A stretch of 64,000 bases of DNA from Oikopleura dioica (GCA_907165135.1 OU015567.1:7502001-7566000), one strand, 5' to 3'. Positions 17,701 through 29,149 are shown, counted from the stretch's first letter. Made by a program: numbers and translations. Notes: a model not told the origin generated them from the sequence alone.

Positions 17701-18640
17701 ACAAGAATATCTAAGTTTGACGAAAATCGGACAAAAATTGTGGGAGGAGATAGAGTTTGACCAACTTATATCGTTTTTTAATATTTCCCAATTTTCAATT
17801 CTATTCAAAATTTTCATGAAAAGAGAGTAGGCTTTGACGATCATAAATCAAAAAAAATTTTGAAAAAAGCTTTATCCGTTCAGATTTGCCGTGACTTTGA
17901 AAAGTAGGTCACCGCGGGGCGCTGATCGGGCGGGCGCGCCGCGCCGATTTCATGTTTTACCCTTAAGCGAAAATTGTTTATCAAAAACTAGGCTGATTCG
18001 ATTTACCTTGAGTCGCTCATCCTGAACCGCGGGCGCCTGCACGATTTTGAGGTTTGTGTCCACTTCCCATAAATCTGCTCGTTTTTGAACCTCCTAAAAA
18101 TAATTGAAGGAAGAAGGGTTGGGTGGACTCGCCTTTGAAACAGCCAATCTGCTGAGAATATGATGTGCTTCTCGTTTTTGTCTGATCGCGCTGATTTTCT
18201 TGACCGCTTTGACGGTATCCTGCATGAGTTTTCGATCGTATTTGACGGGCTCGTTTCGTCTCTGGAAAAAGGGGTTGGAAAACGAAGAAGAGGAGGTGAT
18301 GTTACCTTTTCGAATTCAAGGGAGGCGTCGCAGGTAAGTTCCTTTCCGTGAGCCTTTCTGTACGCCTTGGTCCAGCGGATCTTTCTTGGGTTCTTCTTCT
18401 TTTTGAACATTTTGTTGCACTTAGCCGTGCAAAATCGAAACTGTTTTGAATCGTTTCTGAACATTTTTTTGTGAAAAAAATTTTTGGGTCCCTTCTTTAA
18501 CGGGTCAATTTAGAAATTTCTAGCAAAAAAAAACTAATTTTTAATTGTGAAAAAAATTATATGAAATTTTACCTGACGAAAACTGTTCCATGACCTGGAT
18601 AGACCGGGGCCGAGCAGAAGTAGCATTTCTCGACTCTCAT
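14750..18640 (-). CDS. RSL24D1: Ribosome biogenesis protein RLP24; last intron expanded by a Kolobok insertion
   Basis: [23 protein letters not shown]|[40 protein letters not shown]...EFEK|[10 protein letters not shown]...|[21 protein letters not shown]...LK|EKLNQFKE...VVN*. One GC-AG intron at 18094-18132. The last exon 14750-14899 lies beyond the transposon. Confidence 0.92.
14917..17962 (+). mobile_element. Full-length Kolobok-type DNA transposon (3046 bp), TTAA target-site duplication
   Basis: TTAA at 14913-14916 and 17963-17966. Termini GGGTAAAACATG...CATGTTTTACCC (RR...YY, opposite to the CCC...GGG of piggyBac). The outer ~130 bp of the TIRs differ at about 5 positions, and degenerate inverted similarity continues for ~350 bp. 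Confidence 0.9.
15467..17449 (+). CDS. Kolobok DDE transposase (likely start MPKRSKK at 15467)
   Basis: Uninterrupted ORF with a CPGC..CNNC zinc site, [10 protein letters not shown] (D1), ADKDAK (D2), [23 protein letters not shown] and [10 protein letters not shown] (E). This is the motif order of Kolobok/'Mutator-like' transposases. Confidence 0.85.
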   Translation: MPKRSKKYDRSDNFKKAKNEEREMEKDQEKDSKEVGVQTEEPEEDDDDEEDSEDGEIEEEQAEDDDDDEIEEEQAEEVEPEDEYAEIHDDENIIVTLKIIRNILRIVACPGCLKIGGLWLAALSFEYVRLHFELGCNNCNKFKYKCWMTEEAFNKIFTFAQILSGIKDSQMKRFLATISYAAKTRNGREISPVYNNDINSKASKCKETVNQAVIQECEASMNSKIQEFIEFHHAHPGERVAVSLDGNYNDRGLLRNQAQACFVSLIGIMQGKPSVLGSVILKRAQEAKEETIIKNSKGRIAPRGTPPNALEVMGVNILFEEVLQKIQVAIPEKKIYICADKDAKVRSAETNKYKNGPKKGMEILPKDSFQWTYDSAHLLKNIVYHAEKNLPIGSSKDRFTKKQVTQVGTRVQDASKHIMNNDLSLEEAKLKMDKTRRHSYGKHELCDENCQQLPAILQPHGNLTQEKIEELIDELYRKKFGEEFILCLLNNGSTSYNEYLHSLIYNRHLFAKGDPAGPFTQRFDVACNLGILIYNYSQNEAIKKVFNRLDIGTGEIGLKRMEKIEIRRKETNKKHVTPHKNSVRQKRRMSQKQNRQFGTYGNRVQREIDEKRAAALAKLEEEKKLVNVKKIEGEKNIGEEKKIEEEKKIEEEKENLENFL

Positions 18641-18719
18641 CCTCTATTCTTTCTTTTGAAAAAAGAGGAGAAACGCACGGAAAAGGGAAAATGAGTGACG
18701 AGTAGCTGGAGCAAACGCG

Positions 18720-19260
18720 CACTGAGGGGACCCACGGTGCGCTGATTGGCCGATTTCCTTTTTGAAGCGCGAATTGGGGAATTTGAATTTCTAGTGTAGC
18801 CAGATTCTAGAAATAAATAGGGTTGAAAACGTGAGCAAGGGGGTTTTGTGAAAGAAAAAACGAGCTAGCTTTTCGTATAAAAAAATCAAGGAATAAAAAC
18901 AGTAACGATGATTTTTTTAACCACGAACTATATTTTATGAAATCTAGTACTTTCTATTGAAAAGTATTTTTATCCTACCATAACAATTGTCGATTTCCTA
19001 AACTATTTTTACAGTCTTACGGGACTTATTTTTACGCAGCACAAAACTAAGATTTATAGTGAATCAATGTACCAATGACTGGAAGTGACGAATGATTCAT
19101 TCATGACGCCATTCAAAATTCAAAGGGCCCCATATTGGTGCGCACGAGACTTTGCGCGCCAATCAGTGGCTCCAGGGCGGGCTCTTTCCCAACCCACGCC
19201 ACTTGAGCGCGAAAATCGACGACGAGCAGTGAAAAAGGAGAAGCGCGTAGTAAAAATTGA
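18720..19260. promoter_or_regulatory. Probable bidirectional promoter with E2F-like and CCAAT sites
   Basis: gcgcgaaaa at 19207 (TTTTCGCGC on the minus strand), tttgcgcgcCAAT at ~19151, gATTGG at ~18743, between the divergent RSL24D1 and thioredoxin starts. Confidence 0.4.
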
Positions 19261-19261
19261 G

Positions 19262-19836
19262 ATGACGCGATTTCCCCTTCGACTCCCCCTTCGTCACTTC
19301 AGCTTCCGCCAGTTTTCAATCAGCAGCAGCAGTTTTGGAAGAATTCGAGAATTGAACGATTTCGACGAGTTTTTCGAATGGACGAGCGAGGAGAAGATTT
19401 TGGTTTATTTCTATGCTGAGTGGTGTAATTTACGCGGATTTCAAATTGAAGAGGTAGAACAGAAAACGTAGAAGACAAGTACTGTATTGAAATCACGAAA
19501 AGCCCTGCAAGGAATCGACAAGAGCGCTAGAAAAATGCGTCAAAAGTTCAAAAGGTGAGAAATTCCATCAATTTTCCTTCGAAAAATCCTTTTTCTTTTT
19601 GTAAATTTTGAACCTAATTCCTAGCTGAGCTGATAAAAGTCGATTTTGACGAGTACGATGACATTTCAGCGCATTATACAGTCGATTATCTTCCTCAAAC
19701 CCTCCTTATTGCGAAAAATAAAGGTTTGGAAATCTAAAAATTACAAATTCTCAATTTGAAACTAGAACTCGATCGTTTTATTGGAAACAAAGATGAAGAA
19801 TTCATCAAAGAATTTCTGAAGAAAAACGATTTGTGA
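19262..19836 (+). CDS. Mitochondrial-type thioredoxin-like protein (paralog A), active-site junction ambiguous
   Basis: Arg/Ser/Phe-rich presequence; ILVYFYAEWC...PCKE; ELIKVDFDEYDDISAHYTVDYLPQTLLI; RFIGNKDEEFIKEFLKK. Confidence 0.75.
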
Positions 19837-19901
19837 TGACCTCTTGAAATTTTTCAATCAGAAGAGAATTTTCTAAACTCGGGATTTTTAGATAATTTTC
19901 G

Positions 19902-20735
19902 ATGAATTTCGTTGCTCGAGCCATTTCCAGACGAACTTTCGCTTCGACTCGCCCTGTTCTTGGAAAAGTCTTCGATCTTGGCGACAAATCTGAAATTTCT
20001 GGCATTTTGCAAGGTAACAGCCTGCACAACAGACCGTAAATCGAAGAAAAAAGTGAGCCCGGTTATCAAGGAAATTTTTTATCGGTGAGAGATCTGAACG
20101 TCGAAGTTTGAAGGTACCTGCGGGAAATTCAAATTTCCAGCTTGCCTTAGGAGCGCGATTTGCAATCGGCGGCTGGGCGTTTTGCATCTGGCCTCGGGCG
20201 GGTGACACCTGCTCAATGCTTATAAAAATCAGACCATTCTAGATTTTACCCTCTTTCGATATATTTTTTCTAGAAAGGAAGCTTGAATTTATTCCCTTTT
20301 TACAAGCCTCAAATTAAATTATATCATTTTTGATAAAATGAATCTACTGCTTCTTTTTCATATTTATGTTTAATACGATCAAGAGAAATTTAGAATCGCC
20401 AAATCTTTTGGTCGACTTCCACGCTTCCTGGTGCGGCCCTTGCAAAATGATGGATCCTTGGTTGAAAAACGTCATCGCCCAAGAAGATGGTTCGTGATCC
20501 AGCCAGGCTGCCGGCTCGAGCCGCTACTGGCCCCAGTTCAAACTAACAAGTTCGTTCAGACGTAAATCTTTTGAAAATCGACGTCGACGAGTTTGAAGAT
20601 ATCTCCCTCGACTTTCAAGTGCGGGCAATGCCGACTGTTGTCTTTTTGAAAAACGGCGACGAAGTGAATAGATTTGTCGGAGCTAGAGACGAGTCTGGAA
20701 TCAAAGAATTTATTGTCAACTCTATGGAGCGCTAA
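19902..20735 (+). CDS. TXN2: Mitochondrial thioredoxin 2
   Basis: MNFVARAISRRTFAST presequence; LLVDFHASWCGPCK; LLKIDVDEFEDISLDFQVRAMPTVVFLKNGDEVNRFVG. Confidence 0.85.
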
Positions 20736-20859
20736 TTTATCAGTTCCTTTCCTCAAATATTATTCAGTTTAACTGAATCAGTTCTTGATCGATATTCTAA
20801 ATTTATCTCGTTATTTCATCGTGATCCGTTTAGACAGCAAAATCGGTTATTGAAAATAT

Positions 20860-23800
20860 ATGGTGAGCGAGTACAAGGAGTGTCCACTCTGTAAAGAAGA
20901 ACTCGTCTCCAAATCACATGTCAGAGAACACATCATAAGCCACCAAGTTGACAAAGGTAAGTTTCTCTCTTCCTTGCTATCAATAACGCTCGATTCTTAG
21001 CTTACAGTTGCGCTAAATGTGACGACTTCTTTGCAAACTGGGGCGATCTGATGGAACACCTCGGCGTTCAACACAACGAGTCGTCTTACTCGGAGCGTAT
21101 TCACTGGAACAACGTCACCACCGGCGAGCTAATAAAAAACATCTGTGAAGACATTTCCTCCGATGTTTCGAACTCTGAGAGTTGCCGGTCGTCCGATATT
21201 TCGTGCCCCTCGCCTGACTCTGCTATTCAAGGATTTCTCGATCAAAAAGCTACACCACTGGAGGACATATCTGAAGACATAGAAGAGGCTGATGTTCCCG
21301 AACGATCGCCCGATTCTGGCTTCATCATGACTTCTGGTACAGAAGCAGATGCAATCGACGCTGGTTCCTCTGGTTCCCCGTTTACCAGCAGAATCAATTT
21401 GAAGAGAACGAAACCGATGTATGTAAACATCACCCGGCTGGATCCATCAAAAGACTACGTCGATGGTGCAAGCAAAAAAGGAGCGGTGAGACGTGTGTCT
21501 ACGCAGGAAAAGAACAGGATTGACGAGGAAGTACTCGATATTTTCAACGAGTCGCAAGGTTCGCCAGAAGCTCTTTCTCGTCCTGACACTCCGATCGAAA
21601 CGGTCATCGCTGAAGAGAGTGAAAAAGAAAACATCGAGCCATCACTGGGAGAAAAAGAAAAGCCTGTATCACAGCCCGAGCCAGTCCAATCTGCTGATAG
21701 TCCTCTACCTGCTCTAGAACCAGTTGAGGATCAACTGGAAAATGCTCCTCAAGCAGAAGTAAAAGAAGAACCAGTGGATGAGAATGAGCAACATTCTGAG
21801 TCACCAGAGCCAGAAATCGAAGTCAACTACAGCGAAGGAGATATCGTCTGGGTCTGGATGAAAAAATTCCCCATTTGGCCAGCCCTTATTTCTAGATCGC
21901 CAGTAGAAGAAGGAGGGGACTTTGTGCGCTTGGTGAAGGGACTGAAAAAGGGAACGGATGAAATGGTGAAGAACTACCACTGCCAATTCTTCGGCGATCG
22001 AACTGAGCGAGCATGGATGACTGGAAATGCGATTGTGAATTGGGAAGAGAACATGGAGCCGCTGGATCAATTCACGAAAATCACAGAAGCTATCATCAAC
22101 AAGATCCACAAGGCCTACAAGAAAAAGGAGCGCTCAAAGCAGCTGTTGACCGTGAAAAGAAAGTTGACAAAAACACAAGAAGGCAGTTTTGAAAAGGCAA
22201 TCGAAGAGGTCAAAGATGCACTGGCAATCGAAAACATAGATGATAGAATTGAAAAATGGGGCATCCAATACATCGATGAAGAGGACATCAGAGAGTTCAA
22301 GCGAGTGAGGGATGCGGAGAGGCGAAAGAGCGAACCGAAAAAGACCGTCACGAAGAAAAAAAGCATCTTGCCAAAGACGGTCATCACGCGTTTCGATGAG
22401 CTTGATTGGGCAGAAAGCGCGGAAGAGCGAAATCCAACTCTACTCGTTGACGAGAGAAGAATGAACGATCACAGAAGAGTCGAGGCTGTACCTGTTCTTA
22501 TGTCTCACCCAGAGAGGAAGGAGTACAAGCCCGTGATGCATGAGACACGAACGATTACAAAGGAACTCGCTGAGCGGGCAATTTCGACACTGTTCCGAAA
22601 AACCAAGCGATCTCAGCAGAAGGAATCGCCCGTGAAGCCTTTGAAAAAGAAACCAGCTGAAAAAGAAGACGTCGTCGGTTCCAAAGGCGATCACAAAAAC
22701 GTGTGCGTCGACTGCGAAGAGCCGAGTACCGAAGAGATGGGAGGACATTTCTGCCGCGTTTGCAAGCAATTCTTCCACGAATTGTGTCAGAGCAATGAGA
22801 AAGAAAGTGTTGTCTTTATTTGTCGCAAGTGCAAGGATGGGAAGTACAGTTGCTTTGAGTGTAATATGGAGATATCGGATGAGGACGCCGTGCAAGATCC
22901 AAGTCTAGCCATAGCATGGGTAAGTTTATCGATGACAATTTTGAAGAATCGCGAAATTAACGGCTTATCTTAGTGTCCAGTCGAAGATTGCGGCAAGGTC
23001 TATCACAGGCACTGCCTTGAAGATAACAAATATTCGACACCATTTTCCTCCAAAGAGTCATCCGAGCAAAGTTACAAATGCCCACATCACAACTGTAAAA
23101 CCTGCGTCCTGAAGAAAGACGACAAAAAAAGATTCGCTGAAGCTAACCTCAAGTTCAAAAGCAAGTTCCTTCATTCTATGCCCATTTTCTTAATCTTTTC
23201 TTCAGGGAAAAATGTTCAAATGCATTCGATGCCCAACTGCCTATCATTTTAACGCTGAGAACAAAAAAGACAAAGATGATGAATGTGTTCCTGCTGGTAG
23301 CGTGCTCATTGCTGGGACGAGCATTATTTGTCCAAAGCACTTCAATGTAATGAAAAACGTTGCTTAGATTCCTCATCAATGTTTCTAGCGACGGAAGGAT
23401 AAGAAGAGCCATCGACAGATCCACGTCAATAATTGCTTCCACTGCTTTGAAGGAGGTAATCTGATCATTTGCGACCGATGTCCGGCTGCCTATCACGAGG
23501 CTTGTCTCGAGAGCCCTCCTAACTCCGATGGGGCCTGGTTCTGTCCGGATTGCGAGAAGGGATCGACAATTCATTACAACGATATTGTCTGGGCAAAGGT
23601 ACTAAACTTTAGTAACTAAAGTTTCCGTTATTTATCAAACTAACAATAAACACCAGATCGGTAACTATCGCTGGTGGCCGTCCGAAGTCTGCCATCCAAA
23701 AAACATTCCAGACAACATCGCCAACATAAATCACGAAGCGGGCGAATTTGCAGTCAAATTCCTTGGTACCAATGACTACTACTGGCTCAACCAGCATCGG

Positions 23801-25184
23801 TGCTTTCTTTACAAGGTACTTTCGAGGACTGATATCAATTCTTTCGTTTGAAATATTGCTTTAATGCTTGAAAATCGGCTTCCCAATTTTTAATGCTTCT
23901 GAATCATAGGGACTTGTGGATAATCCGGTTGCGTTATTATACCATAATAATCAAGCTTTATACAAAATAAACGAAGATGGCAAGGTTTGATAATCTCACT
24001 TAAAAATATTTTTTGCATGATCACAATTTATCACTCATTGCATGGTTCTATTCAATGCTTGCTCACTTTTTTCACGTGTTATTTTCATGAATTAATTTTG
24101 TTTTAGGACATTGACCGTTTAACCTATCTCGGAGCTTTGTCTGGAAAGGGTGGCCTCAGAGACCATTTCCGTGAGGCTCTTATTGTGGCGGAGAACTTGT
24201 TCGACGAAAGAAGAGGCATCAAATCCTCTGGTGGATCTCTTCCTTTCCAAAAGATCATTAAGAATGTCGTAAGTATCCTGTTTTCTTCTTAGATTTCAGT
24301 CGACTCACCATCTTTTTAGGTTCACCAGAGTTTCCCCGACAATCTGAAGCAAGCAATCAAAAAGAGAATAGAGTACAACCTATCAGAGACCGAAATCTGT
24401 GAGTGTCACAAGCGCGGGAACATGTGCGACGAAGACTGCCAAAATCGCCAGCTCCAAAACGAGTGCTCCTCGAAGTGTCCCAACGGAGACAAGTGCCAGA
24501 ACCGTCGATTCACCAAGCGCCAGTACCCGCCTCTTCAGAAGTTCACTACCACTTGGGGCGGGAATGGACTCAAGGCGAAGAAACTCATCTCGAAGGGTAC
24601 TTTTATCATCGAGTACGTCGGCGAAATCATTTCGCACGAGGAGTCGAGGATCCGTCTCGCAAATTCGGCAAAGATCGGCGTCACTAATTATTATATTCTC
24701 GAGCTCGATAATGTAAGTTTCTTTGTTGGAGAGTGGCAAAGTTTGAACTCTTTTCTAGTTGCGGATGATCGACGCTGGTCCAAGGGGAAACATAGCCAGG
24801 TTTATCAACCACTCTTGCGACCCGAACTGCTGCATTGACCCTTGGATTGTTCAAGGAGACACTAGAATTGGTAAGAAGCATTCTTATTAACTCTTTTAAC
24901 GTGCGTTTTCAGGAATCTTCGCAACGCGAGACATCCAAGAAGGCGAAGAACTGACCTTCAACTACCAACTCCAGCAGTCGTCCGAGGAAGGCAAGACAAA
25001 ATGCCTCTGCAACAGCAAAAACTGCGCCGGCTACATTGGCGACAAGGTCAAAAACGAGAAGCCAGAGTCATCGCAGAACTCGAAGAAGTCGAAGTCCTCG
25101 AAAAAGCGCAAGCAAGCTTCGAGGAACTCGACCGCCGCCGATACGAGCATTTCACAAGTCACAAAGAAGAGGAAACTTGCGTAA
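20860..25184 (+). CDS. NSD-family H3K36 methyltransferase (2 C2H2 fingers - PWWP - PHD cluster - PWWP - AWS - SET - postSET)
   Basis: [16 protein letters not shown], several PHD fingers, [71 protein letters not shown]. Confidence 0.9.
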
Positions 25185-25736
25185 ACTCTTGACTTCACCA
25201 GGCACTCACAGATCTTTACAAAAAAAGAAAAACAGTTCACTCTCTCACTCAGCTTATTTTTCCTTTATTATCAATTACAACTGCCACTCACATTTTTATT
25301 CTGAATTCTTCTGTGACAAACATGACGCTGCCGGCCAGATTCACTTTTTGAAACAACTGAAGTTGATACTGAGCCTTTTTTACTGTAAATACACGTCTAA
25401 AAATAAACTATATTTAATTCACTTTGGCTTATTATCTGCAAAACTTTCGCTAAAACTAATCGAAGCTTGAATGCATCATATTTTGTCTAAGAGACTTTGC
25501 AAATATGTTCAAATTTCTCTAGACCCCATTTTTGCATCTTCAGTTTCTTTGCTTTGCTTCTCATTCTGCATTTTCTAGGCCTCAAGGTACGCAGATTGAG
25601 GACAGATTTAGCGAAGGATTAAATGAAAATAATCCAAAATGAATTGAATTGTTATTGAAGAGATCATCTCAGAAGTTTCTTCTTCTCATTTTTATTCTTT
25701 AGATCTTGATCTGGGCCTCAAAGAAATCGGACAACC

Positions 25737-26361
25737 ATGGACGCTGGTTTCGAATCATTCGAAGTTGAAGAAATTCGTGATAAGCGGGTTACTAAAAGAG
25801 GTGAGTCCTTGCAAAAGGATATGGTCTAATTAATATGATCTTCAGGAAGCACGGAGTACCTAATCAAATGGAAAGGATACCCAGAACATGAAAAGACCTG
25901 GGAGCCGCCAGAGAATCTACAGTGCTACTCAATGATTTCTGAATTCGAAGAGGCTCATTCGAAGAAGGAGATCCGCAGATTCAAGCGGCCTAAAAACCCC
26001 GAGGTAGATTCTTATTGCTTATTTTTGGTTGAAACTTTTAAATAAGGACAAGGACGGTTTTGATTTCAAATACACGGCGAAGCGAATCATGGGAGTATCA
26101 CATGATGACGATGGAAGAATTCTCTTTCTCATTCGATGGTAAGAGAATCGGCTCTCTTTTTATCAGCATTGTTTCAGGATAACAGATAAAGGCGAGAAAG
26201 ACGTTTCTTTTGTCTACGCAAGCAGAGCAAACGATCATATTCCCAGCGTAAGTTTGATTCTATCATTAGGGATTAGAGATATTTTTCAGCTCGTGATTGA
26301 TTTTTACGAATCGAAGCTGACCTGGCACAAGCAGTACCGCGTAAGCAAGAAGAAGACGTAA
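25737..26361 (+). CDS. HP1/chromobox protein (chromo and chromoshadow domains)
   Basis: [32 protein letters not shown] and AKRIMGV...ILFLIRW...[19 protein letters not shown]. Confidence 0.88.
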
Positions 26362-27044
26362 GAAAATCGAAGAAAAAAATGTCTACCAACTGCCAAACAC
26401 AAAACAAAATAAACTGTTCTTGGTAGACCCCAGTCACTGACAGTGGCTCACTCACTCTATCACGTAAAATGTTTGCTCCAATGGGTTAAAACTTAAAGCA
26501 AGTTGCCTTTCTTTTTTTTCGTTTTTCAAGCTCACTTCATAATTCGACAAACAGTCAGTATTTTACCAATCAAAGTAAATTCACTTCTCTCTTTCTCTCA
26601 TACTCAGGAACCACACTTCAGTTATTTTCTCTGCTTGGTAAAAATACTCCAACCGAATAAGTCCACGAAATCATCTTTGAAAGATCCTATCCTAACCAGC
26701 TTTTCTCTCCTTTCTTCCTTCAATCTAATACTATTCTATTTATAGCTTGCTTCTCCCTTAAAGTTTTAAGGGAGTCGGCGAGCTATACCAAGGTGAAGTT
26801 CCTCTGCGTTCATTCTAACCTTACTTACTTTACTAACAATAACTGTAAATTAAAAATTTAAGAAGCTCTTAAATTTCAAGAAAAAAATGCTCCAATTTAA
26901 ATCTTTAAGCGGCTATAACTCTTAAATCTTGAAGCAGTTGCATAAACTGTTCCTATTTCTTTCACTTCAAAAACGAATTGGGTGTCATTAAAATTCGCTG
27001 TAAATAAATGATTTCCGACAAAAATACCTGTTTCTTTCTCAAGA

Positions 27045-28101
27045 ATGAAGTTGTGTCCTTTGTCAGATGATGGCGATGAAATTGTCTTTCCGAAATTTTT
27101 GAAGAAATGCAGAATTGGCAGGGCAGAAATAAAACAAGCCTTGCATGGAAACGAAAGTAAGGAGAAAGCTGAAAAAGTGTCGAAATCATCTGTTGATTTT
27201 CAACTTCGCGATGATTCTATAACTGTGACTAACATTGGAAAGAACTCGGTGTTTACCGGAGATTTCGGGATGCCTTTGGAAAAACTGGGGCCGGATCAAG
27301 AACGAGTTTTGAAATTCGGAGATGTCGTCGGTTTTCGGCAAGACGCGCTGATCTTTCGGATTGAAAGTGGCTCTACTAGAAAAACGTCGAAATCCGATGA
27401 GATCAACGAGGAGAATACTGAGGCTATTTCTGAAGAAATACAAAATAAGGAAGAGTCTCAAATAGGGTCAGACAATGCTGAATGGACAAGTGGCTCCATT
27501 TCAAACCACGAAGAGTGAGAAAATAAATTCAATCGTTACTTTTTCAATGAAAAGTTTTCAGCGAAAACAAATCTTCAAAAAGCGAAGCTGGCCCCAGTCA
27601 TATTAACACAGCTGCCCCAGCTCGGACGCGGCCTCCCTGCGAGTACGGGGGACAATGTTACCGTCGAAATCCAAACCATAAAATCGAATTTTGCCACCCT
27701 GGTGATGACGATTGGTGGGATCCTCTTGTTGAAAATGATGATCCTGATTTTCAAGATCCACGACCTGGTAATTCAAGGCATTTTTGTAAAAGGCTCTTGA
27801 TGAATTTTTAGAATGCCAATATGGCATCCTCTGCTACCAAAAAAGCGAAGCTCATCGGCGAAAATTTCAACATAATACAGCCGGAAGCGCACCAAAGAGA
27901 AGAGCAGCCAGAAAAGCAGAAGAGAAGAACAAAGAAATCTCTTCTGATAGCGACGATCTCTTGAGAGAATCTGAAAGCGAGGTTGAATACGACATTTCTA
28001 GCGGAGAGGAGGAAAGACCAGCAAAAATGCAAAAAATTACAGCTGAAGCAAAGGAGCTCATAAACGAAACAAAAAAGATGCTTCGCGATCGAAATTTCTG
28101 A
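27045..28101 (+). CDS. APLF: Aprataxin and PNK-like factor (FHA, 2 PBZ fingers, acidic tail)
   Basis: PNK-type FHA (IGR..VSK..GKN); PBZ1 RPPCEYGGQCYRRNPNHKIEFCH; PBZ2 ECQYGILCYQKSEAHRRKFQH; acidic DSDDLLRESESEVEYDISSGEEE. Confidence 0.85.
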
Positions 28102-28204
28102 TGATCCCTTTTATGAATTTTTTGTACTACAGTTAATTCCAGTGATTCTTTTAAAACATTATTTTCAATTTGATTTTTGTCAAATGAATGGTCCCTTGTT
28201 TAGA

Positions 28205-29035
28205 ATGTCTTTTATAAAAGGAGTGGAGCAAATTGCCAACAAGAAAGTTTTCTATGAAAATGCATTGAAATATTGGGACAGGGTTCCACCGACGCTTGAT
28301 GGTGTCATGGGTGGATTGCCCATGCTTTCAGGTTTGAAGTCTTTTCGTTGGTACTTTTGTTAATATGATGGTTTAGATCTGGATCTTCAAGAATCAAAGC
28401 CTTTTCTAAAGAAACTCGGGATGAAACACGGGATGAAGACAGAGAGAGCGTGCGACTTTGGCGCTGGGATAGGCCGTGTTGCTGATAAACTTTTACTCCC
28501 AGTCTTCAAAGAAGTGGAAATGGTCGAGTTTTCCGCCAAGCTTTGTGAGCAAGCAAATAAAGATTTCACGGAAAAGGGGCTGATTGAAAGATTGAAGATC
28601 ACTTGTCTTCCGATGCAAGGTAGGGTTTTAATTTATTGCGGACTTTCTGCTAACTGTGTATTCTCAGATTATGATACATCAATAAAATTCGACTTGTTTT
28701 GGTTTCAATGGTGCGTCGGCCATCTGACCGATGAGGATTTTATCGCTCTCTTTACGAGACTGAGAGGAAAATTATCGGAAAATGGAGTCATTGTCATCAA
28801 AGACAATTGTGCCTCTACTGAGGAGACAGGTTACTTTCCGAAATATGGAATCAAAAATATAGCTTAGTTTTCAGAGTTTGATACAGCTGATTCGAGTGTT
28901 TCTCGACCAGTGACTGAATTGGAGAGACTTGTAAAAGAAGCGGGGTTGAAGGTGATTGAGAAAGAACAGCAAAAGAATTTCCCTGAGATAGGTCTTTATC
29001 CTGTTTATACTCTTGCCCTCCGCCCGATGGAATAA
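28205..29035 (+). CDS. NTMT1: N-terminal Xaa-Pro-Lys N-methyltransferase
   Basis: YW..VPPTLDGVMGG, ACDFGAGIGRV, WFQWCVGHLTD, IVIKDN, DSSVSR, LYPVYTLALR. Confidence 0.9.
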
Positions 29036-29149
29036 ACAACCAGAAAATTAATCAGATGAATAAAAAAGGAGCCCGAAATCGTCACTTTTATTTCAGATGA
29101 TCGAAAGGATACGTGATTTAAATCGTGTCGCTATAATTTTATAGCAACA

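Noticed and set aside
14917-17962. piggyBac or true Mutator assignment for the large element
   Set aside because: The ends are GGG...CCC rather than CCC...GGG, the TSD is 4-bp TTAA rather than 9-11 bp, and the motifs fit Kolobok.
26753-26774. Palindrome ctcccttaaa-gt-tttaagggag resembling back-to-back CCC-TTAA / TTAA-GGG ends
   Set aside because: Too short, with no adjacent element arms; could be chance in AT-rich DNA.
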